Notes: generated by a model not told the origin, from the sequence alone. A DNA stretch of 63,378 nt, filler included, from Hausera hauseri (GCA_046269625.1; 12 parts of 12 records of this genome joined end to end with filler, not necessarily neighbours in it); one strand, 5' to 3'. Counted from the whole stretch's first letter, positions 26,600-39,069 are shown. Numbers and translations: made by a program.

Positions 26600-26845
26600 A
26601 ACACGCGCACACACAGGTGAAATCGGTGCAGACAGATCAATTGACTATGATATTTTTCTGTTGTGTTTTATAAATAATGTATATTGTTCATTGTTTTGCC
26701 TTTTGTTTTATTATTTTATTATCATTTAATGTACCTTTACATTTAACCTAATGTGAGGAGAAACAATATGAAAAACAAACAAACAAAACCAATAAAATTT
26801 ATTAATCATCATAAGCTAAAATCAAGAAATAAAGTAAGTCAAATC

Positions 26846-27075
26846 AGCGTAAACTTTCACACTTCTATATTGGTGATTTAACACCGTGCAGATCCTTTTA
26901 TCCTTTCAACTTCAATTCTAGATAGCTTTTAGCTCCATCCGGTGGCAAAACTGCTTTTGCTGTTGCTGCTGCAGTTTCTCCGCCATGTGAACTGACAATT
27001 TTCGATATATTTCCTTTGAGAAAAATCGACGATGTATCTCAGATATGGTTACTAAACGCCAAATCACTGTCAACT
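26846..27075 (-). pseudogene. 3' part of the conserved Polinton ORF convergent with PolB (copy A)
   Basis: Homologous to 31765-31968 and 52530-52790 (DLAFSNHI.DTSSIFLKGNISKIV...). Confidence 0.6.
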
Positions 27076-27200
27076 NNNNNNNNNNNNNNNNNNNNNNNNN
27101 NNNNNNNNNNNNNNNNNNNTTAATTAATTAANNNNNNNNNNNNNNNNNNNNNNNNNNNNNNNNNNNNNNNNNNNNCAAGTCCAATGAAAAAATTAATAAG

Positions 27201-27401
27201 TCATTGTTGTTGTTGTCGTTTTTGTCTCATTTTTTCCGCGGTGCGTTTTACGAACAGAGATCTGACTACCAATTCCATATATTCTCGCTTGCTCACTATT
27301 CTTGTTTTTGTGAGTTTACATAAAAACTGTACATAAAACACGTGTACTGTCATTATGTCGTCGGTCAATTTCTGAATCTCACTTTCAATGTATTTTTCCA
27401 T
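27201..27401 (-). CDS. Small Polinton ORF divergent from PolB (copy B)
   Basis: MEKYIESEIQKLTDDIM..., homologous to 48142-48417 in the same position. Confidence 0.6.
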   Translation of the reverse strand: MEKYIESEIQKLTDDIMTVHVFYVQFLCKLTKTRIVSKREYMELVVRSLFVKRTAEKMRQKRQQQQ

Positions 27402-27528
27402 ATGATTAGTAGTAGTAGTAGAAGTATGGGGAACAAACGTTTATAACAGAGTAGAGGTTATGTTTAATGTTTAATTTTATGCGCTTATTTTATTTTTAAT
27501 TTTAAATTGTGTTAATTGTTTAAATTTA

Positions 27529-30500
27529 GAAATGTAAGCAATATCCCATGTACTGCGTTTGGCGTATACATGTAGAGGAGAAGGAAGATCAATGCCATCA
27601 AAAGATTGCAAAATATTACAAAATTAGTCCGGACACGTATGTGTGTCCAACGTGTGATGTTCCAACCCGCTCTCTGTACCCCGACTTTTATGATATGCAC
27701 AAACACCATCTCGATCCGTTCACGCGGCCCAAGAAGATGATGCATGCGCGTTGTCCCACATACTTACATTGCTGTAGTAATAAAGTGCACAACGTTAATG
27801 GTTGTCATAGTACAATGGAGCAGTACTATGGCCTAACCACAACGCTGCACAATAAACGGGTATACGTTTGTCCCGGTTGATCAATAGTTGAAGCTCAAAT
27901 CAACTATTAACAATTTTATAATCTGCACAAGGACCACTTAAACCAGTTTAAGCAGTCGAAGAAACAAATATTTATGGACAGAAGAAGCAGAAAAAACATT
28001 CTGTCAACAACAACAACCAGTAGGAAACGTCAGACCTCAACAAGTCTTGACGACTTAATCAGAAACAGTACCCAGCACAGCAACAGCAGGAACAGCATCA
28101 ACAAGAACAGGAGGCCAGTATTCCCAACATTACCGTCAAGTACGATCTGAACAGATCGTACGTGGACATGAAGGTGGATATGTCGGCAGAAACAGCAACG
28201 CAACTGAATGATGTATCCGCTCATGTGCGTAACCGGTTAGAAACAGAGGTGATCAAATTCCAACAACACCACCACTGAAAAGTGCAATATTATGCACTTG
28301 CAGAATTTGAAAATTTGGAAGGTGACAGGAAACAATGGTACTTGTTACATCGAGCCGTACCGTATTCCGAAGATTTTATTGCCGACGCAGGCGAAAAGGT
28401 CGAGGAGAAAATCGCCAACTACACTGAAAAGACTAGTGTATGGCGAATTATACGAATGGGCACTCTCGGCTTTATCATAATAAAGTCGAGTAATATGATA
28501 TATTTGTCTGGACGATCATTCATACCGACACCTGCAGCTATGAAGCAGTGTCTGGCGGTAGTGAGTGTAAAATATACCAACGATGAATACTGTTTTATTT
28601 ACAGTATTCTCGCGGTATTGAAATATGACGAAGCAGACAGATATAGTGCATCTTGTCCAAAACAGTATCAGAAATATTTTTCCGAATTGGATTTTGATGA
28701 AAGTTGGATGCCGATGAAACTGAAATCCATCCTGGCTTTTGAATGGCGTAATCCGACACTGGCAATCAACGTGTTCCGGTACAATACAATCGTAGAAACA
28801 CCGGCGGATCAAGAAATTTACAAAAAGCCTCATGTGGATATAATCTATCGTAGTCGGAACCCAAATGGCTGCCGCTCAGTAAATTTGTTGCAACTGAAAC
28901 GAAAAGAAAGTACCATTACGTTGCAGTGACAAATCTGGACAGACTACTGAACATAGAGCATGACCATTTCCTACAAAAACGGATACAGTGTAAATAGTGT
29001 CCTGTACGTCTTCATGGATTCAGGTCGGAAACAACATTGGAGAAACATGTGACTCTGTGCAGACAAAATTCATTGGTAACCACAATGTATGTCATGCCCG
29101 TCAAAAAAAACTCAGTTTCACAGATTGGTAAAAAACAGACAGTCCGGCATATGTGGTATATGCCGATATTAAGGCAATTCTACCACGGCACAACGTGTAT
29201 GATCAAAAACACGTTGGTATGTTGATTGTCCTAATAAAAGCGGACGGTCAGCCGAAGTATTACGCCTTTCACGGCTGGACCTGTGTGCGTGATTTCCTGC
29301 AGCGTGTGGAAACGACAGTAAAAACGGAAATCGCACCGTGGTATCACAATAACAGCACAAAACCCCTAATTTGGACAGATGAAGATGAAAGCCTGACGTT
29401 TGCAGCCACCGATGAATGTTACCTGTGCCATCACAAAATATTACCGGAACAACTCGTACCGGATCACGACAATTTTACCGGGCGATATCTAGGAGCAACA
29501 TGCAACGCATGCAATTTGGCATGACGTGTGCGGCCATTCCTGCCGCTGATATTTCATAACTTCCGGGGTTATGATTGTCACCAAATTCTGAAATGGGCCA
29601 TAAACGTATTTCCGCACTGGGAGAAATCCATAAGCCCAACAATTATGGAGAAGTACCTGTCCCTATCGGCCCGCATAAATCGGTTTCAGGTACGGTTGCT
29701 TGGCTCATTGCAGTTCCTCAATGAGTCTCTAGCAAAGCTCGTAAATGCCTTGTCGGATGTGCCTCTAACACTGACGCAGTTCCTCACACATATTGCACGC
29801 AGCAAAGGCATATTCCCGTATGACTTTACCGTGTCATATGAGCGACGCAGGACAACAGAGGAATTACCGCCGCGATGGACAGGTACCGCAGAAGATGAAT
29901 ATCAGAGAGCACAGGAATTTCGGACAGAGCTCGGTTGTAGAAACATGTTGTATTACATGTTTTAGTATCTAAAGCTCGATGTGTACCTATTAGCCGATGT
30001 GTTTCAGACCTTTCGGGCTAAAGCGTTGGATGAAGATAGGTTGGAACCGCTGAACTTTTACTCAATACCGGGAATAAGTTGGGCATCGGCACTAATGTCA
30101 CTGGATCGGGACATTGAGCTGCTACAAGACCCGGAAAAGTACCGACTGTTTGACGTTGGCATTCGTGGCGGCATGACATTTGTCAACAAGAATCACGTAA
30201 CCAGTGAATACGATGATACAACGTCAATGTTGTACATCGATATTAATAACCTGTACGGCTGGGTGCTTTCGCAACCCTTGCCATACGGTTCATTTGAATG
30301 GATAATGGACAAACAAGAACTGGATATATTGCTGGACAGTCTGCCAGCAGCAAAAACGGCAGAAAGCAGCTCAGTCGGCTACCTAATGGAAGTGGGTCTC
30401 GTGGACTTTCTGGATGAACTGCCGGTCGCACCAATTAGCCAATGTTTACCCGGCGGCTCAAAAGTAAAGAAACTGCTCATGACACATGAAACCAAATCGA

Positions 30501-31480
30501 ATTACGTGGTTCATTGGAGTCTTCTTTAGTTTTACATGCAGCTTGGTGTACGCGTCACACAGCTGCATCGTGCAATACGCTTCAATCAGGCGCCGATATT
30601 CAAGGTGCACATTGATGGAAATTTTGGAAAACGAGCTGCAGCTTGTACAAAGTTCGAAAAGGATTATTACAAGCTCAAAAACAATTCACTGTACGGGAAA
30701 ACAGTGGAAAATCTGTAGAAAAGGCTTAATTTGCGCCTGTGCAACAACGAAAAACGACCGGTTACGTACACCAGCAAGGCTCAGTTCAGGCGATCAATGC
30801 ACATTGCCGATGGATTGGTCGACATGCTTCTAAACCGGGATGAAGTCGTACTGGACCGGCCAAGCTACATGGGACAAATGGTATTTATCCTGAGCAAGTT
30901 GAGAATGTAAGAGCTCCGGTATCGCTACTTGGTACGTTACCGGCAAATATTCGGCGCCGGCGGCAATGGCTGCGAGATCAGTGTCGTTGCCTGCGACACA
31001 GACAGCTTCTTCCTTGAGCTAAAATACATCAATCGAGACCAGCTGTTTGGATAAATAATATCAGATGGACTACTGGACACGTCCAACTACCCAGCGGACC
31101 AACCACTGTACAGCAGTGCGATAACGAACAAAATCGGCTGCTTCAAGGATGAAAGTGAAGGCCGGGTTCAGTACAGGGAATGGATATTTTTGCGACCAAA
31201 GTGTTACAGACTTCTGACAGACTGTGGGCCGAAAATGCAAACAAAAGGCATCCAGCTAAAACAGACGGAAATAAATCACGGTGATTATCGCCGTGTCTAT
31301 GATAGACAAAAAAACGGAGAAGGAGGAAAGGCTGTTGTGTCTCAAACGACCATACGATCGATTGAACACCAGCTGCATACCATCACAATTAAAAAGGTTG
31401 CTTTGTCATGCAACGATGACAAGCGTAAGTGGGTGGGGCGAAATAAGAGTTGGGCGTACGGACATTGGTGTTTGAAATAA
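27529..31480 (+). pseudogene. Polinton pPolB copy B (near full length; HNH/EndoVII-insert type)
   Basis: Cys/His repeats, poly-Q, GRSFIPTP...NDEYCFIYSIL, VYADIKA, CYLC...DHDNFTGRYLGATCNACNL, FHNFRGYD, KGIFPYD, YIDINNLYG, KLKNNSLYGKT, CDTDSFF, LRPKCY, DDKR...AYGHW. Confidence 0.95.
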
Positions 31481-31764
31481 CACATGTTCAGTAACAAAAC
31501 AGTTTAGTCAGTAAAAAGATGCAATTCAGACCAGCCAGATCATTGACATTTGTAATCTTTGTTTGTTTTACATTCATCTATTGTGCATGTGATCAATAAC
31601 GTATTTGTACGCTATTTTTTGTGTTCTATTTATAACAAGGAAATGGGGCTTAAGTTGGGTTATCGAAAAAAAATCTCATTACTCAAAATCTCAAATACTT
31701 TTCACAACACAAAAACTCAAATAAATTTTATTACAAATCAAACAAAAAACACCAAAAATTAAAG

Positions 31765-32284
31765 TCAGTTTATTAGGGTAAACTTCTCCAACTTCCACCT
31801 TGGCGATGTAATACCACACAGTTCCTTATATCCTTTCAGCTTCAATGTCAGGTATCCTTTTAGCCCTTCCGTTGACAAAACTGCTGTTTGTCCATTTGCA
31901 CGCACAATTTTCGCCATGTTGCCTTTAAGGAAAAGCGAGGATGTGTCACGAATATCATTGGACAACATTAAATCATTGTCAACTTCATCGTTTTCTCCAA
32001 TGCATCCAAGTCACTGTCACCTATTTTCTTTGCCAACAGGCCATATTTTACCTGCTTCATTTTGATCGGTGTTGATAATTGCACTACAGTGGGGGTTCGC
32101 AGGAAATGTAGATTGTACCAGTTATACACTCTGGACTGTCTGAGGGAATACGGGCCGTACTTGGACTCACTGTTCCTTTCTAAATACATATTAAGCATAA
32201 AAAGGAAAAATGAAATGGTCTTACTGCAACCTGTCACAATTGAACTGTCGTTGTTGTAGATGCTGTTTTGTTGTGCAGACATTT
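31765..32284 (-). pseudogene. Conserved Polinton ORF convergent with PolB, function unknown
   Basis: Two frameshifted segments (31968-32348 and 31765-31968); the C-terminal half is present downstream of all three PolB copies. Confidence 0.6.
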
Positions 32285-32776
32285 TAGAGACAAAGTGAAA
32301 TGAAAAGACATCCATATTTATATCAACTTTTGTTTTCATTGTAAACAAGACATTTACTTTGTAAGTATTTTGTCATATCACAACAAAGATATGTCTCATT
32401 ACAATGATACATACACTAGTTTTGAACTATTCAATTGACCAATACGAACCTTGTTTACAGAAAGAAGAAACAGATGAATACATCTATTTGCATGAAATAT
32501 GGTCAATACAAAGCCGTATACATTTTTTGTAAGCACAATTCGGTCCATGATCACGATATGGGCATATAGTATTGTCAGGTACCATCGCCAGCGAGCTTTT
32601 TGATGTTGATGTTGAATACGTCGTCATTCGCAACTCGGGAAACTGTGAATGGAGTTGTGTAAACTTTCGCCCGTCANNNNNNNNNNNNNNNNNNNNNNNN
32701 NNNNNNNNNNNNNNNNNNNNTTAATTAATTAANNNNNNNNNNNNNNNNNNNNNNNNNNNNNNNNNNNNNNNNNNNN

Positions 32777-33728
32777 CTATGCCCGGTTTACATCGACATG
32801 CACCAGTGTTTCGATCGCATTGCAAATATATGGATCCATCAGAGTTGCACATACATTCTAAAATACTGGAAAATCAATAAAATCTAACAAAGGACATTGC
32901 CGGTAGTCATGGTTTTTTTGCGAAAATTAATTATACAAGTACACAATTTTATCCTGCATAATATAAAATGATAATAAATTTTGCAAGCATAGTTCAAATA
33001 AGGTATTAAGAGCTTTCGAATATTACATCATTTCACATTTCTTCAATTTCCTTCTCACACGTCGAAGTATTTTAAAAATTGATAAAATTTTCACTCTTTT
33101 CTGACAATTAATATTTGACTTACAGTGACTTCTTGATGTTTTGTTGAACTGACAAATGAAAGAAGTGCGAAATAAGGTAACATTTAAATGATCTTATTGT
33201 GTAATCATAGATTTTCTTGCAAAAGGATTTGTCATTATTAATCAACATAAAATTGTGAACTTGCAGAACTAATTTTTATAACAACCCTGACTAGCAGTTA
33301 AAATATCCCTTATAAGTGAAGTTATACTCTTGCATCCGTTTTCTCTTCGTGGATCACCCCAGAATCCATCTTCACATTGGTCACATTTTCGTCCACTACG
33401 ACCTGGACGACAGTTGCACTGTCCAGTTAGCTGATTCAAGAAATATTTATTCGGAAAACATTTTTATTCTTTACTTTGTTACAAAGTTGATCGAAGGATC
33501 CAGCCGGAAAATCGCAGTCACAAGAACCACAACCAATTCCAGATGAAAAATTATAGAATTTTTCATTACATTTGTCACATTCTAATCCGATAACATTGGG
33601 TAGACATGAACATTTTCCGGTTTCTTGATTGCAAATCCCATTGGACTTCGGATCGGTGCCTAAATTATTGCACACACAAGGTTTGCAGGTTTTCCGAGCC
33701 CCATTTCCAAAATATCCTGGTATGCACT
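32777..33728 (-). CDS. LAMB1: Laminin beta-chain exons (laminin-type EGF repeats), partial
   Basis: CIPGYFGNG...CVCNNLGT...[22 protein letters not shown]...[10 protein letters not shown] | [27 protein letters not shown] | [22 protein letters not shown], collinear with laminin beta LE domains. Confidence 0.85.
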
Positions 33729-34549
33729 AAATAAAAAAATTATAATATTACTTTGTACAATATTTTAAGTAAGCGATTTTGAAAAAAATATTTCATATAA
33801 ATCTTTCAGCATTTTTTCGGGGAAACAAAATTCTGTTATTGATCTTTTAAATAAATATATTCATTTCGAGATCAACTGCAATTGTTTTAATAATGATAAA
33901 TAAATGTCTTAACGTTTTGTATTAAGAATGAAAATAAAACAAATCTCTGATTTGATGTGGACGGATACAATTTCGTAGATTAGAGATACCGAATTGTGGA
34001 AAACAAAATATACAGAGAAATTTTATTTCGGATAGTGAACAAAAAGAAATCTCTGGATTGTAACTTGAATGAATCTTGTTACATTATTGTTGAAGAGGAA
34101 CACTTTTTGGCTTGGTTCGGCGATTGGTAAAATATGAAATGGACTTGAAAGGAACCGGTAGCTCAATAATACGATTCTATGACTATTTGATAAATTGAAG
34201 TGATGCATTTCCCCATCAGCAGCAGAATATCTCATACGAGCAATGGGGAGAGATAACCGAACTATGAAGTCTAAGATTTCTGTTTATAATCCTGTAGTTT
34301 AGAAGGTTTCGAAAATACTTTTTATCTTTTCAAGTAATTAATAGTATTTTCGTTAGTGTTTCTATATTTGTATATCACAAATCCCTCATGTAAGGCATCT
34401 CACACGGAATCATTCAACTCGAATTTCTGACCATATAATGGAGATAAAATTAGTCACAATACGATGTTGAAATGCAATCATTTTTCTTAACGGAAAAAGT
34501 CAAATTTTGCAATAATGTTTGTTTAAAAATAAGAGCTTAATGTTTTAAA

Positions 34550-34792
34550 GAGAAACTGTCAAATCTCAAATACTTTGTTGTCGATGCCGGTGCAATCGGC
34601 TGCGAACATTTGAAAAATGTTTCCATGATGGGAATCGGTAGTCGACCCAAAGGACGAATTTCCGTGACTGACGTGGACAGCATTGAAAAGTCGAATTTGA
34701 ATCGACAGTTTTTATTCCGCCCTCAGGACATTCAGAAAATGAAATCAGAAGTCGCCACTAAAACTGTCAAAACTATGAATTTAGAGATCAAT
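34550..34792 (+). pseudogene. UBA1: Ubiquitin-activating enzyme E1 adenylation-domain fragment
   Basis: [16 protein letters not shown]...[31 protein letters not shown] (GAGAIGCE changed to DAGAIGCE). Confidence 0.88.
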
Positions 34793-34990
34793 CCTTTTTG
34801 GGATTTTGTGGGCGAAGCTTATATTAATCATTCTGGTATAATTAATTCGAAAATGCGTACTACTGCTAATGCAGTTGAAGGAACCCACATTTCAGATTTT
34901 CCTGCTTTTGAACACTTCTCTAAAGATTCAGATGAAGTTACTGATTACGAAGGAGATAGAAGTTTAGATGCTTTCAAAAAGTTTCTTGAC
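34793..34990 (+). pseudogene. Protein disulfide isomerase C-terminal thioredoxin-domain fragment, in frame with the UBA1 piece
   Basis: [10 protein letters not shown]...[10 protein letters not shown]...FP...F...[15 protein letters not shown] resembles PDI PIWDKLGE.Y...KMDSTANEVE...FPTLKFF...DYNGERTLDGFKKFL; CGHC absent. Confidence 0.75.
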
Positions 34991-35249
34991 GTGAAAGCAA
35001 TCGAATTGATTGCAAAAAGGAGCGTTTTGGGTCTTACCACACCTGCGTCCCGGTTCACTGATGGAGTTAAACTTGTCTAGACAATTGGGTCCCGTAGGGG
35101 CAGAACCACGTTTTTAGCGTCCCACTCAACAGCTACAAGACACGAGACAAAATATGTGGGGCTACCACACTACCTATCCTGTTGCTTATTACCGTCATTT
35201 TTTATCTACCTTTTTGTAAATAATAAATTAATACATACCGCACATATAA

Positions 35250-35608
35250 CACAATGTATCGACACAATACAATTATATGACCTCATTCAAGTTATTTCAA
35301 GAATATCAAGAGCAGGTTGAAAAGCAATATAAGAAAGCAAAAAGCATGATTTAGAACAAGGGGATTGGGTTTACATACATTGCCGAGTAGCCAAGAAAGG
35401 GACGTCGTTAAAATTAACTCGTATTGGCAGAGGGCCGTACGAAATTACTAAAATTATGCCAACAACAGCGCACATTAACAAGCATGGGGGAGAAGAAGTC
35501 GCGTTAGTACAGAGAGTCGTTAAGACAGATATACGGCCCAATAAACGTTATAACCTACATCAACGAAAAATAAAAACTTCCTCAATAATCTCTAAACAGA
35601 TATCGTAT
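35250..35608 (+). mobile_element. Gypsy integrase C-terminal (GPY) domain
   Basis: DLEQGDWVYIH...KKGTSLKLTRIGRGPYEITKIM...RYNLHQR; GPY codons at 35432-35440. Confidence 0.8.
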
Positions 35609-36877
35609 ATGCAGATAGTCTTGGCGCTGTCCCTAATTGTTTCATATATTCAGAAAGGTAATTCCGAGCTCTCCAAAGAAGATGCAGAAAAACAAAAGGA
35701 TATACAAAATTTAAAATCAATAAAAGCTTACGGTGCATATTGGAAAAAGCCATGTATTTGGGTTAAAGCAGACGGCCCTGTTAAAGACCATGTAAAATTA
35801 CGAATATTGTTCATAGACTTAGATAAAAATTTCCCACATGGATTTCAAAGGAAGTGTTGTATGTTAAATTATGGACGAACATATACATACGAACTGCAAA
35901 TGACCTACTATAATATGCGTGGAATTCAAGTTCATATACCTACAGGGCTCAATATAGTCATGCCGAAACAGAATGCAACGAGTCAAGCTAAGACGAATGA
36001 AATAATCCGAAGTACCGATCCGAATATACGAATACTAGAGGAGAATATTAAAAGGATCTCAGTAAATAAGGATAAACAATAAATTCAAATAAACGCTAGA
36101 ACAGGACTAACTTCTAGACAAGAAGTCGCAGTCGTTTTCGAAGCAGTAAGAAGTAAACCATGAAAATAGAATATTGCTTTGTCCGTCATGGTGTGCAACA
36201 CCAGTGTTGTAAATTGCCAGTAAACCAAGAATTCAGAATAAGATTTGATCTATACCAAGTACGGCCCAATAAAGCAAGCATACAGTTGCGAACTTATTAC
36301 CCAGAGAATAGAATATGGAGGATTACAATGGAGATGACAACCAGAAGCCAAACTACTCGAGTTAGTACCGTTACAGAAACCATTACACCGGGAAGAACGC
36401 CTAAAAGAGAACTAGAAAGTATACCTATTAAATATTCGGCATATCGATCTAAAATTGTGTTCTGTGTAGAAGAGAAAATAAATTACGATATACACGTAAA
36501 CTGATGAACTCAAAAGTACTTACCAGACAGAATGCAATTTGTTAAAACCACAGTCCGATTATATAATACAAGTATATGCAAAGGATAAACAAAATCAAGC
36601 ATTTACGTTATGTACCTTAAATGAAATTCGTGCAGAATCACATGTACACAAAACCATAGAGGATGAAATGACCACTCCATCCACCATACAAAAATCCATG
36701 GAATTAACAAATCTATCGATCTTATGGATTATTGGACTATCAGCGTTTGTTCACGTTGTGTTAATTGCGATTTTTGGATTAGTTACCAAAAATTGCTATT
36801 ATAAGCGTCACAAAATCGAAGCGACAGAATTAAGGGTAATGGAGACCAAAGACAAAACCTATGATGAAATAACCTAA
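35609..36877 (+). pseudogene. Env-position type I membrane protein fused to integrase (one stop, two frameshifts)
   Basis: Signal-like MQIVLALSLIVSY, Cys-containing ectodomain with Thr-rich spacers, FN3-like LKPQSDYIIQVYAK, TM helix ILWIIGLSAFVHVVLIAIFGLV, tail ending TYDEIT. Confidence 0.6.
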
Positions 36878-36991
36878 CAACTACAGATCGGGTTATTCTA
36901 TCATCTAACAAAGAATTGGTTTTATTTTAAAACAATACTTTGTTATAGGATTAATCGTTATTGTTTATTTTTTAAAGCGGTAAGTATTACA

Positions 36992-37311
36992 ATGACAACC
37001 AGAACCGACAACGAGCGACGTAGTATCGATAAATTCTTCCAGAAATGCATCACCGTACTTATTCCCCAATCAAAATATATTTACTGACAAATCAATAACG
37101 AGTTATACAAAAATCCCACGTGGAGTATAATCAAAAAAGTGAAATCCGCAATAATCTAAGAGGGACGACTGAAGAAGACCGAATCATCTATCTCTATGCC
37201 ATGAGTGACGATAAAGACGCCAAGTCGTATTCGCTGAACCAAGTGGCTAAAATTGATCCGGTATATCATCAGAATATATACATTCACCTCGCGAATGGCG
37301 AACTCTCTTAC
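36992..37311 (+). pseudogene. Additional accessory ORF downstream of the env-like gene, runs into the gap
   Basis: ATG at 36992 (MTTRTDNERRSIDKFFQKC...) and an open frame 37120-37311; unrecognised. Confidence 0.3.
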
Positions 37312-37411
37312 NNNNNNNNNNNNNNNNNNNNNNNNNNNNNNNNNNNNNNNNNNNNTTAATTAATTAANNNNNNNNNNNNNNNNNNNNNNNNNNNNNNNNN
37401 NNNNNNNNNNN

Positions 37412-37979
37412 AATTTTCTCTTTTGTACTGTGTTTGAAATCCAATATGCATTTTCTTCCGCTGTATTATCCGTTGAGTAAATTACCTTAACCAACACTGT
37501 TGCGTTATAATTTGTATCTTTGTCGAGATCAGGTCTTTTAACAAATGTATCTATGAACGGTAGATCACTGACATCAAGATTTAATAAATAAGGGCAAGTG
37601 GCACGCAATTTCTTATGTGCCGTACTTGGTCGATTCTTCGTTTGTTCGTATTGAAATTCTCCTTGGCAATAAATGCATCTAATTTGTCCTGTTATGGTTC
37701 TGAAGAATCCGGTTCTGGCATATGCTTGCGCTAGTTCTTCCGGAATAGGCAAGTTTGGATATTTTAGGAACGATATTGTTCTGTTTTGAGCATCTCTCAT
37801 GGAGTTATCCAGTACTATGGCTCTAGAGAAGCTTATCAATTTTTTAATAAATGATGCTGGTCCAAATTGTCTGTTCTGGTAATGTAATAGGTGCTGTGCG
37901 ATATTAAATTGTACTGGCTTGACATATTCATACTGCTTTGGTGTTCGTAATTTGTATTCTTTAACTTTTGTCATTTCGA
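37412..37979 (-). CDS. BIR-domain (inhibitor-of-apoptosis-like) protein, cassette 5, 3' end in the gap
   Basis: RTISF...YARTGFF.....IRCIYC...AHKKLRATCPYL is the BIR CX2C-H-C signature. Acceptor TTTTAG at 37980. Confidence 0.85.
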
Positions 37980-38029
37980 CTAAAATATAATATATCCAAT
38001 AACGTCATCAAATTTACGCAAACATTTAT

Positions 38030-38337
38030 TTATAAATTTTTTACAGTAAAATAAGCATTTTTATATCTAAATAAGGTATTGTTAGTACGACATTTCGGGC
38101 ATGAAGTCGCGACCGCAAACCACTATTTTATACATCGTCGACAAAATTGGTGTTTGCATGTGGTTAATTATATTGGTTCTCTTGAATATTCATTCAAACA
38201 GATAGCACACTCCTTTCCCAGACAGACAAAAGTTCCCTTTGGATCATATATGGAATAGCTGTTTGTCGTTGTAGTATAACAGAATGCCGACAATCCGTGG
38301 TCCAATATATTCGCTCTATCCAACCCATAAGGAGATC
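38030..38337 (-). pseudogene. RING-HC protein, cassette 4 (two internal stops; absent from the ORF track)
   Basis: KECAICLNEYSREPI*LTTCKHQFCRRCIK*WFAVATSCPKCR; AG acceptor at 38338; stop overlaps AATAAA. Confidence 0.8.
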
Positions 38338-38382
38338 CTTAATAAGTCAAAATGAACGACTTATAATTAATTTTATTAACAA

Positions 38383-38791
38383 TCAATAATCTAAAAGTGG
38401 TTTTGGCTGTGGATTTCTCCACTGTTCCGGCCAACTGCCGTCATCTTCATCAATCACCAATACTACGGATGGCCGATTATCAATATTTAAATATGTAATC
38501 ACTCCTTCTGCAACATAAAAGTCTACTGATTCAAGGCAGTAAGGACACTGTTGACAGGATCCCAAATACTCCAAAATACACGGTTGACAGAAACATGACG
38601 ACATGATAGGACAACCAAATTATCTGTCACTAATTTAAGGCACACCCAGCAAAATGTGCAAGCTCGTCGACAACAAGGGCAGTTACTTTGTTCGTTTAAC
38701 CAAGTATTAATGCAGGACTGGCAATATGTATGTCCACATGGTAACATTGTCCTTTCATTCGGCATTCCCTCGAGACAGATAGGACAGATAT
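38383..38791 (-). pseudogene. Tandem double RING-HC protein, cassette 3 (one frameshift near 38595)
   Basis: CPICLEGMPNERTMLPCGHTYCQSCINTWLNEQSNCPCCR, then CWVCLKLVTDNLVVLSCRH/FCQPCILEYLGSCQQCPYC, acidic tail. Confidence 0.85.
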
Positions 38792-38839
38792 CTATAACCC
38801 ACAAAACTAAATTTTACTAGCTCCAACAATCATTTATTA

Positions 38840-39069
38840 TTATATATCAAAATCGATCAATTTATTAATTTCATTTAAATCATCCTCCGTCAATGTACAC
38901 ATAGGGCATAATAAGTAGCACTCTTCATTCATTGTAGCTACTTCTAGTTTAACTTCTTCTCCACAACCATTACACTGAAACTGATGATCCTCCTGTTCCA
39001 TTTCTGTAATGAATTTACACAATGGGCAGGATTTTTCTTTATCGGAGAATTTCCAGCATATAACACATC
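38840..39069 (-). CDS. Small CxxC zinc-ribbon protein, cassette 2
   Basis: CVIC...CPLC...CNGC...CPMC with an acidic tail; TTTTAG acceptor at 39070; AATAAA directly after the stop. Confidence 0.65.

Noticed and set aside
23150-31480. Alternative genetic code or programmed frameshifting in the PolB genes
   Set aside because: Stops and frameshifts fall at different positions in each copy and involve all three stop codons, which indicates neutral decay.
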